64,000 nt of DNA, taken from assembly GCA_964035545.1 (NCBI GenBank), contig OZ037766.1:558001-622000 (forward strand). Reading direction: 5' to 3'. The position numbers and the translations under genes are program-made. Position 1 is the first letter of the stretch. Each line of letters begins with the position of its first letter. The notes under the pieces are model-generated. The model saw only the letters and a program-made list of their open reading frames with translations. It did no database searches and was not told the DNA's origin. This stretch comes from Bugula neritina (taxonomy: Eukaryota > Animalia > Bryozoa). Positions 1 through 11,600 of the stretch are shown one piece after another.

Positions 1-1060
1 GAGTATATATAATAGTAAGTATAGAGTATATATAATAGTAAGTATAGAGTATATATAATAGTAAGTATAGAGTATATATAGTAGTAAGTATAGAGTATAT
101 ATAGTAGTGAGTATAGAGTATATATAATAGTAAGTATAGAGTATATATAATAGTAAGTATAGAGTATATATAGTAGTAAGTATAGAGTATATATAATAGT
201 AAGTATAGAGTATATATAATAGTAAGTATAGAGTATATATAACAGTAAGTATACAGTATATATAATAGTAAGTATACAGTATATATATAGTAGTGAGTAT
301 ATAGTATATATAATAGTAAGTATACAGTATATATAATAGTAAGTATAGAGTATATATAGTAGTAAGTATAGAGTATATATAATAGTAAGTATAGAGTATA
401 TATAATAGTAAGTATAGAGTATATATAATAGTAAGTATAGAGTATATATAATAGTAAGTATAGAGTATATATAATAGTAAGTATACAGTATATATAATAG
501 TAAGTATACAGTATATATAGTAGTAAGTATAGAGTATATATAGTAGTAAGTATAGAGTATATATAATAGTAAGTATAGAGTATATATAACAGTAAGTATA
601 GAGTATATATAATAGTAAGTATAGAGTATATATAGTAGTAAGTATAGAGTATATATAGTAGTGAGTATAGAGTATATATAATAGTAAGTATAGAGTATAT
701 ATACTAGTAAGTATAGAGTATATATAGTAGTAAGTATAGAGTATATATACTAGTGAGTATACAGTATATATAGTAGTAAGTATACAGTATATATAGTAGT
801 AAGTATAGAGTATATATACTAGTAAGTATATAGTATATATAATAGTAAGTATACAGTATATATAATAGTAAGTATAGAGTATATATAATAGTAAGTATAG
901 AGTATATATAATAGTAAGTATAGAGTATATATAATAGTAAGTATAGAGTATATATAACAGTAAGTATAGAGTATATATAATAGTAAGTATAGAGTATATA
1001 TAGTAGTAAGTATAGAGTATATATAGTAGTAAGTATAGAGTATATATAATAGTAAGTATA
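1..1060. repeat. 23-bp minisatellite (GAGTATATATAATAGTAAGTATA), about 46 copies, runs off the left edge
   Basis: Period 23 read directly (GAG at 1, 24, 47). Each unit contains GTAAGT or GTGAGT. Confidence 0.95.
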
Positions 1061-1880
1061 AACATTATATAAAGATTAAGTAGGCATAATAAGCAGGACC
1101 ACGGCGGTGAAAGGTGACCAATAAGCATAATATAATATTCCAATTCATATAAAATTATTAAAATATTTTTGCAGTAAAATAGACCAAGGAACATGATTTT
1201 AGTTCTAACAAAAAATTATTTCAAAAGAAGCTTGAAATAAAATAAAGTTTCACACATGCATCTATCTTGCCTATTATTCTAAACGAATATTATAACGTTT
1301 ACCTATCTTGCTATGTTTAGCTATTTCTTGCTATGGATGGTACAAATATATTACTGCTGTCTATCTGGCACTAAATACTGTACCTGAGTTATGAGAAATA
1401 TTCCTATTGGAATATGCTTAGCTCTACAATATTTGAACAAACAGACTCAGTCTTGCTGTAAGTGGATGGAGTGTGACTTAAGAGAAATATGTCATAATCA
1501 TATTGTCTACTTGAGTCATAGGTGTGTTTGTTGCTAAAATTAGTTCTTTGAGTGTGATTCTTGTATAAGCAGAATATCTGCTGCTTACAAGTTGACTAAG
1601 GCTGACGTGCTGCTTTATCTGCAAGTTGTCCTTCTAGGCTGTTGGATCTTTTTGAACACATTTAAAGCTGCATGTTATTCAATTTTTGAGTCAAAATATT
1701 AGCTTAATAACTTTCTTTCAAAAATTTAATACGTAAACCCTAAAGGTTTAGAAAGCTTGTTAGAAAGTAGTTTCAGGATATGTGGTCACCTTAATATAAA
1801 CTCACATCAACACAGTATACTCTTCATTGTATCTATATATAGTATAGTATATACTAATATAACATGCAGCTGAAGATGGT

Positions 1881-1980
1881 ACGAAGATGTCATTGTAGTT
1901 CCTTAACCCTGCAGATCTCATTGGGGTACTTCATCTCTGTAGATCTCATTGTATGCACTTTATCTCTGTAGATGTCAGTG
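1881..1980. repeat. 28-29-bp tandem duplication (3-4 copies) containing the acceptor of exon 1972
   Basis: CTGCAGATCTCATTG (1909), CTGTAGATCTCATTG (1937), CTGTAG|ATGTCAGTG (1966). Confidence 0.75.
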
Positions 1981-4900
1981 ACGAGTCTCCTCCCACCTGA
2001 TGCAGACACGCCCTCTAAGTTAGCCGACAATGAAGAAGTAAAGTCAGTGAAGACATCCTTGGAAGAGACGAGAGAGCGAGCAGCTAGTAGGCTGAGTGTG
2101 AGTCATATATTCTGAGAAGTATTACAGTTGAGAGCTAGTAGCAGTAGCAGTAGCAGTAGCAGTAGCAGTAGCAGTAGCAGTACTAGTAGTAGCATCAGTA
2201 GCAGTAGTAGCAGTAGTAACAGCAGCAGTAGCAGTAGCAATAGTAGTAGTAGTAGCAGCAGCAGTTATATAGTGGTAGTGCTACATATAGAATTATATCA
2301 GCAACAGCCACCTAGCAATAGGGTGTAACTCTGTTATAGCAAGTTGTTGCTGTTAATATGTCATGTAATTTGAAAATATTATTAATTGTAGAGTAAAAAT
2401 TTCATTGAATGGCTTCAACATTAGGACTTTTGAGTTTTTTTAAATTTTTTTCATAAAAGTAGCAAAGCGCTTCTAACGCAATTTTTATAGCTGCTACTTT
2501 AGCATATAATATCAGTTTAATCATAATTGAAGCCACAACCCAACAATTATAAGTTAATGATATATTACTGGTTGCATATTACATAACATTGGTTTAGAAT
2601 AATGGTAATAAACAGAAAAAGTAAAATCATATTGAATACCAATTATGAGAGCAATGCAGTGCAGCATATAATTGAAAATATGTTTCAAATAATTGGAACG
2701 GCAAATTACATTTTGCTAGATGTCATATTGCCTTTTCTATAACCTTCTGCATGGTTGCTAGGCAACTCAAAACACAGCCCTCTGAATACACTTTGTTGTT
2801 ACTAATTAATAACAATGATCTCCAGATTAGCAATGTAAACAAAGGAAGATCTCAAAGCCTTCTCTTCATACTTATTGATAATCTATTGTCTATAATATCA
2901 CCTTAAACTATTGACACTGTTTACAGTGTTAAGATTCACTCATTATAGGTGTATTAGCTGCATGTCCAGTACACATGTAAACTGATACTTAGTTAGATAG
3001 CAATTATAGCACTTTTCCAGCCATTTTTTGACTTGATAGGCATTTAACATGCAAATTAAGAGCTGAATGAATGGCTGAAGCTAGACTTAGTTCTAGAAAG
3101 TTCACTGGTAGGACTACTACAGCTAAGTTGGTGAGTACAACTCATCTGCAATGAGGAATATTTTACCTCAGATAACAAAATGCTAACAGTTATGCCTACT
3201 ATGTGTGCACTCCTGTGGGTAGCTGGTACTGTATCAGTTTATTCAAAACTTTACTCAATACGTGTAAACTACTTGAAAGGAAAGTTCTGTTCTTTTACCA
3301 AATTTCTTCAAATTAATGTATTTTCTATAGGTTTAATATTTTCAATTTTTCAAATACAATATCTGAAATAATTTTTGTTTATTTTCTGATTTCAAAAACA
3401 TATCAAGCTTTTCAGAACAAGAGAAGGCTTCAACGTGGCAAACAAACTGAAATTTTTAGTAATTTAGTTTTTAGTGAGCATGCAAGTTGATATACCATCT
3501 TACACGCAGTAATTATTCGACAATCAATTAGTAATTGATAAATTTAGCAATTAATATTTCAGTGCAAAGCATTTGTTTCACAAATAATCTAAGTAAACAT
3601 TACTATTCAAGTAAACTATCCATGTAAAGCTTTTGAACTTCAAGCTTTCATCACGTGAATGAATATTTGCAACATTTTTTCGTGCAAAGTTAAAAGAAAT
3701 CTTTATAATCTTATGCTGTAAGCTAAAGAAATGCAGATGTAATTCTAATAATTATAGGTTCTTTTAAGCAAGCTCCTGGTTGGCTACTCTATACGTGCTA
3801 GAACTTTAAGATTATGCGTCATTTTGTTTAACCTACTATTTATATGCACTGGTACAACGGGCTTATTATGTAATGTTGTAATTGAATTAAATCAAGTTAA
3901 TAATGCATAGTTTAGTAGAACATGAAATTCTTGCATACTGTACCTGTCTGAGTAAGGCAGCTATAATATAGAATATAGAGAAAGCTACTTGGCTACTGCA
4001 CAGTATTATATCATTATATTATAGCTATAGCCCTATTTCATTACACGCAACTTGCTACAAACTTTATTATTACTATATAAAAGTTAGTTAATACAATTAC
4101 ATGTTAAGCTGACTAGGAGAGCTCATGCTATATTTGCAGAGTGCCAACTCCACGCTAAGCAGGAGGTCCAGGATACAGCTGAAGCCTGTTGCTGTCGAAG
4201 ATAAAGATGACTTGGAAACTGTCCTCGATGTCTCAGGTATTCCAAGTAATACTCTCTATGCATTGAGAATTATCTTCTCATTCAGAACTACGAAATATGT
4301 GATAACAAAGTTTACATAAACTTGTACGATCTAGTGCAGTATTAGCAGACGATAACTCCTACTTGAGTATCTTAAGTATATTGGGTTTGCCTCTATGAAT
4401 ATCACAGAGTGTGACTTTACTTTACTTTAACTCTGGTTGTAGAAAGATAATTAAACATCTACCGCTGAGAAACATAATTATTATTCTATATACTTTATGT
4501 TTAACGTAGCTGCTGTTTATATTGAATTTACAGGTAATGCCAGCTTTTAATTTACCTGCAGATTACTTATTAATTATACTAAGGGTTTTCTTCTCTTAGT
4601 TCTCATAATGCTGGCACAATTATATCTCAAGTTAATGCATGATTAATAATTAGTTTCATAACCCAAGGAAACCAACTAAAAGTGTTTTCTGTGACAATAT
4701 TATGTACTTAAGGATGTTATGGTTCAATAATACAAATTAATTGAGCTAGGTTGATCATATAGCAGAAATTAGCAGAAATGCATTATTGCAGAATTGTAGA
4801 ATGCTTTATTCTCCCCATCTTCCCTCTGTCCTGTTCGTGTAGCAGTGCAGAATGCTTTGTATTATGGGTTGAAAGCTGATTTGTCATCAAATAAATGTGA

Positions 4901-7900
4901 AACCTCAGTTTACTTGAAATTCCTTTGACTATCTATGATTTACTCATTGGGATTAAAACTCATGCTATTGGGGTATAAAATAGAATCTCAGAAAAAGCAA
5001 ATATGTTTTCTCTTCATAATACAACTCAACGTGTATCACCAGTTCTGTGAGTATATTATTATACTGTTGGTAAAGGAAGTTGTCTTCCCTTCAATTGTGG
5101 TTACATGAAGCTGGTAACATAACTTTAGGCCACTTAATGTAGTATTAAGTGGTTTATATGAGTTACAGCTAGACGCCCTTCTTAATCCAGCTTGATTACT
5201 AGGTGAGCCTAGTGTTATATTATCTGTCGTATGTTACTTGACAATTATAATTTGCACCATGGAATGAGGCACTTTAATTCCACATACTGTATAAGTATGT
5301 CATATAATATAAGGCTTCGATAGAGTTGACCATTTAAAAGACTATATATTCACCAATTGAAGCAGGTAAAATTTATTATTTTAAGCTACTTTTTATCCTT
5401 AGAATTTTTTTTGTCAACAATAATAATGCATTATTTATTCTATATTATAAGAGAAATTGTGAGCCGTTCACTAAAAATTTTTTTTTAATAGATATTCTAT
5501 GTAAGTGCATTCTTTCTTAGGCATCCGCGCTACTAAATCTTAGTTTTTTTACATTTCATGTCAACATCACTTGTATTAAGAATATAGCAGCTAAAATACT
5601 AGAACTTAGAAATCTATAAGAAGGTCAAAGTCTTAATCAGCTAAATATAGAGACATTATCATCTACAACTAAGAAATTCTAAAAATAGAAAATAAAAGAG
5701 CTCCTCATTTGTGGAATTCGCTTTTCTCAGATGTCTTCTAATCTCTGACGTGTCCACAGTTGGAGCATTTCTTGCTAGCCATAGCCAGACAGCAGCATAT
5801 TCCAATAGGGAAGAGAATAATACAGCAGAGTATAGCGCAGCACCCGTACTCTGTCTCAGTGTAGTTCCCACGCTACAAGATAGTCACAGTCACATATATC
5901 TAACTTATAATCTATAAGTAGAAAGTTTATTTGCTCTCTGCTCTGTTTATCTGATCCAGGGTAAATAACTCTGTTGTAAATCAGGGTGGCAACTAGACTA
6001 TATGGTGTTTACTTAACAGAAAGATACGCTGGTTTTGTTTCTCACCCCACAATTTCTGCATTCCCCTGTAGGTGCTGCCGTAATCTGTTGCTGCCTTCTT
6101 CCTGATTCTAAAAGCCAAACACAGTTATTACTAAGTATAAAGTGAGTTGTGGTGTGATATCCTAAAATTGTATGTGCTGAAAAGTGGCTGTATTTAGCAG
6201 AGTACACTAAAGTACTGATATGACATATTATACTAGACTGTAGACACACTAAAGTACTGATATAACATATTATACTAGACTGCAGATACACTAGAGTACT
6301 GATATAACATATTATACTAGACTGTAAACACACTAGAGTACTGATATAACATATACTAGACTGTAGATACACTAAAGTATTGATATAACATATTATACTA
6401 GACTGTAGACACACTAGAGTACTGATATAACATATTATACTAGACTGTAGATACCCTAGAGTACTGATATAACATATTATACTAGACTGTAGACACACTA
6501 GAGTACTGATATAACATATTATACTAGACTGTAGACACACTAGAGTACTGATATAACATATACTAGACTGTAGATACACTAGAGTACTGATATAACATAT
6601 TATACTAGACTGTAGACACACTAGAGTACTGATATAACATATTATACTAGACTGTAGACACACTAGAGCACTGATATAACATATTATACTAGACTGTAGA
6701 CACACTAGAGTACTGATATAACATATTATACTAGAGTCCAGGGGTGTCCAACCTTTTCAAACCGAGGGCCACAGAAATGAAATATTTCATGGTGAGGGCC
6801 ACATTGTAAGCTTCAGCTTGTGTTGGGGGCCACAGCATCAGTATTTTTCAAACTACTTTATTCCAAAACTTTATGAATCATTACACAATTAAGTCTCAAT
6901 AGTTACTGCCAGCTGCATTTTTTGTGTTATTTGTATAAATAAGGCATTTAAAAGGTGGCTTTTCACTTTAATTCATCTAAACAGTGAAAAATTATTTTAG
7001 CTTTATGCCTTCGAGGGCCACATAAATGTAGGCTGGGGGCCACATCCGGCCCTAGGGCCGCCTGTTGGACAGTCCTGTACTAGACTGTAGACACACTAGA
7101 GTACTGATATAACATATACTAGACTGTATAGATACACTAGAGTACTGATATAACATATACTAGACTGTAGATACACTAGAGTACTGATATAAATGCAGTT
7201 CAGGTGTCAAGTAGCTTATCTTATCCGCTCAAGACTTTAGACTTACATGTAAGTAGGTCAATGTGGCCCCATTTGCATGTGCTATTAATAGAACTGAGGC
7301 AATCTTGTTTACTCTGATTCTCTAAACATACTATACTATTAAACTATGCTATAATGTATTATTTTCTACTATGCTATATCACATTATATTATTATATTAT
7401 ATTACATAATATTGTGCTATGTTAATATAACGTACAGTTGAACGATTAACAAGCACTAAATGCTGGCTTTAACTTGTAGTATTGTCCTAATGATATGAAC
7501 TTCTAAATTTCCATTATAATATGAGAATTCTAAACTTGGTGTTTAACCAATGAAATTCACCCAAAACAGATGGCAGCTGTATAACAGAGCATGTGCCCAT
7601 ACCTGTGAGCCTTTCCAGTGGCCCCAGGTAGTATGTCTGTAACCATTGTCTCTCGTAAAGCATAATCTCGGTCACCCTTCTCTGTCTACCGCCAACCAAA
7701 ACAGTTGCACTGGCAACAAACTTAGTCTGAGTTGAGGTTATCTCAAGAAAGCGGTTGTTTGCTCTGCCTCCAGTTTCATCAACAAGAAATATGCATTTCC
7801 CTAAAAGCCAATGGTGGGATATAGTAGTGCTTAATTGGCATATCTAAGTAAACTATTTTATATTAAGTCGTTTATTAGAAAAAAATATATAATTGACATA

Positions 7901-8109
7901 CAGCTTTGTATTTTGTAAATTGTATTTTAAAATATGTAAATGGCTAAAGGAGTGTTTATAGATTCAGTACTGATTTCTATGAGCTTATCCTTGACTATTA
8001 TATTTATTTTCTAAAAACTTTATAATTTATTGCAGCTCAAACTTTTAACAAATTATTCTTTGAAAGTGTTAGCATTGCAAATCATCCAAAGAGATAAATA
8101 CTGAGCTAC

Positions 8110-8184
<75 letters not shown>

Positions 8185-8439
8185 AAATGAGTGTTTATAA
8201 AACGTTACTAGAGTGCTCTATAGAAATAAATCTAGAGCATAAACATTAAAAGAAATAAAATGAGATTTGATTAATATAATGGCATTTATTACTAGTAGTT
8301 TCGTACACAAGGACGATGTGCACTCGTCAGATAAATTAGCCACTATAGTGGCTAATTTATCTGACGAGTGCACATCGTCCTTGTGTACGAAACTACTAGT
8401 AATAAATGCCATTATATTAATCAAATCTCATTTTATTTC

Positions 8440-8485
<46 letters not shown>

Positions 8486-8514
8486 TATACATACATATAC
8501 ATACATATACATAC

Positions 8515-8613
<99 letters not shown>

Positions 8614-11600
8614 TATATACATATATATATACATATATATATATATATAGGTACGTTTTCTGTATACATTCAGCTCTGTATAGACTCTTACCATTTAATT
8701 CAATTGGATTCAGGGCCACCACTAGCACTATTAGTGCTGCCCTCTCTTCTCCTGTCAGCCGATGATAGTTCTTGTAATCTCGAATTCTCTGAAGGCCACT
8801 CTCAGAGCTCAAGTCTAGCACACTGCACATGCCTTCAAATAAACTCCCACATTTTTACCACTTTCAAGTCGTTTTAAAGGATTGCTCTATCTTGTCTAAT
8901 AAATGGCCATTTAGGTCAAACACACATAATATTGTGTTTTTCTAAGCATGCATTGACAAAAAGCATTTGACCAAAGGTAGAAAAAGTTAGTTGAAGTTGA
9001 GGGTGTAGATTGGTAACAGCCAAAACGCCGATTTTGAAATGAGCTGGGAACTGTGACGTAACAGCGCCAGCATTCCTGCTGGTCACGTGACTATACAAAT
9101 GAATAACTATAGAAATATGACTGTGAGATGTGATCTTTCAGCTCGTAATTTGTATATTTATAGAAGTGCAAATGTGAATTATCTCAATCTATAGTTTTTT
9201 GACATGTTAAATAACATGTATGTGATAACATTAGGCCATATTTTGCTTGTAAGCATAGAAAAAAGCATTGCAAAAACATGCATTCTTTAGGATGAATGCT
9301 TGCGATCGATCTAAACTAGGTCAGATTGTGCAATATTACGGGCGCACCAAAGCTGACCTATATAGCGCACTGTAACTGCTTGAGCGTTATTGGTTGATGT
9401 TGCGCTCAGCAACCTTGAATACTAGCGTTATAGTTAGCTAGCACGTGCAGCATAGTTACTGGCGTTCACACGTCACGTATTAGGCTATTCTTTTCCATGG
9501 CTGAAAATTTTACCTCCCTCAAAATTGGAATTTTGAAAAGCCTTTTTCTAGGCATCTATCCCTTTGCAAAGTCACAATTGTTTGCATACACATTAGATTA
9601 TAGTTCATAATTATAATGTGATTGTAATAAACTAAGATAGAGCAATCCTTTAAATTTATCTGATCTAGCTGAGGCACCAAGAGACACCATAAACAGCGTT
9701 TGTCTGTAATATATTTGGTGTAAGGGAGCAGAACTTCTCAAAAATATTTTATAATAATTCTTCAACAATATATAAGGTATTCATGCACATATTACTGCTA
9801 GAAACAATACATTCACACTCTGGTAAATAATTCTAGACGCCAGCTATAAATTGTGAAGCTGAAAGCCGTTACAGACGACTCCCACCAACAATGACTATTA
9901 TATATCTTAAGTTCTCACAGCTCAGGTAGTACATGAGTTTTGCCGTGTCATCATTTGGCACACTAGTCGCTGATCCAGTGTCTTTTATTCCGAGTTCAGT
10001 TCGAGACCCAAAGATTGCTGCCATGGCTAAATTGAACAGTTGCGACTCCCCTCGTTTGCCAGCCTTTGCAAAGTGATAACAGGTGCTGCAGGTGATGCTA
10101 AAATGAAACTGAATTAAAGTGAAACTGGCTTTTACAGCTATCGGAGTTTTGTAAATTTCTGCGAGCAAATATAAATGCTATTGGGGGACTTTTTACCGCA
10201 ACTAAAAACTCATAGTCTGAGTTAACTGCTAGCTTTTGTAATGTTTATGGATAATTTAAACAATGTGTTTCACCTAAACAGGTGCTTATAATATGAGATC
10301 TAATGCAGAATTTGGCACACTTGTACCAATTTTCTACTGCACTTGTTGAAATCTAAATGTCTGCATTTACAACACTGTTAATACTATATTACTATCTTCA
10401 AAAAAAAGCTAAATATGTTATGGCTAGGTGAGAGCTAGGTAAGGACTATAGGTGAGGGCTAGGTGAGGGCTAGGTGAGAGCTAGGTGAGAGCTAGGTGAG
10501 AGCTAGGTGAGGGCTAGGTGAGAGCTAGGTGAGAGCTAGGTGAGGGCTAGGTGAGAGCTAGGTGAGAGCTAGGTAAGGGCTAGGTGATTCTGTATATAGA
10601 CATTATTTGGCAAAACTGACTGTTTAGTGGAATAAATTTGATTTGATCTCAGAAATTATAAAAATGCATGATTCCTTAGCAAACCAGATAACTTGAAAAC
10701 CAAAAAAAATAATAGGCTTTAAAATATTTAGCTTTCATCAGTTGGTTTTAATTCTTACATGCTGTGAGGAATGGCACTGTCTACCATTACCATCAATTAG
10801 TGAGAAGTAACCAGGTATTGTTATGTATTGTTATATATAGAGAAGGTATAATATATAATATTGCTATGTATTGTTATATAGAGAAGTTATAATATATAAT
10901 ATTGCTATGTATTGTTATATATAGAGAAGGTATAATATATAATATTGTTATGTGTTGTTATATAGAGAAGTTATAATATATAATATTATTATGTATTGTT
11001 ATATAGAGAAGTTATAATATATAATATTATTTTCTAGAGAAAAGAGCAGAGTGGGACTCAACGGGCCAAATAGCCTATGGGAAAGCTTGTAAGAAATACG
11101 GAGTCATAGTCTCGGCCTCCTTCCACGATAAACTGAGATATGCCACAGCTATAGACTTGGGCTACTACGGAGTTGGTATTGCTGGGGCTAAGGCTATTGC
11201 TATAGCTTTCTGTGTAAGTGTTATGCATTATATGACTAATATACCCATTTTAATGTGAGGGTAATGTATTATAATTATGATATATTGTATTAGAATATTA
11301 TATATAGGAAAATTATGTTATATGGCATTAATTATATACTACATTGTACTACGTTATGGTATATTATATAATAATAATAATACCTCCTTTTGTTGCTCAC
11401 TCAAATCTCTATCCATCAACCGAATCAACAACTGCTGTATGTAATATGTATAATATATTATTTGTGTGAATTCCACTTATTGGAGTTGTCTTATTTCCCC
11501 AATGAATGCAGCCGATTTCACATCTGTAAGATTTCCCTGGAAATGTTGCCTATCCTATGTTAGATATTCAAGTACACAACTTGTCATATAATTGTGCAGC

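Larger units (their letters stand above)
8245..8446. mobile_element. 202-bp perfect spacer-less palindrome; probable inverted pseudo-LTR remnant of a Penelope-like element or retrozyme
   Basis: Exact inverted symmetry about 8345/8346 (CCACTA|TAGTGG), (TA)n on both sides, and a hammerhead core in each arm. The element class is inferred. Confidence 0.65.

Noticed and set aside
2128-2328. Poly-Ser ORF
   Set aside because: Intronic trinucleotide microsatellite.
6013-6705. 230-aa repetitive ORF
   Set aside because: 42-bp minisatellite; only 6046-6107 is a genuine exon.
8218-8694. Mirror ORFs [11 protein letters not shown]... and (IY)n ORFs
   Set aside because: Artefacts of the palindrome and the (TA)n tract.
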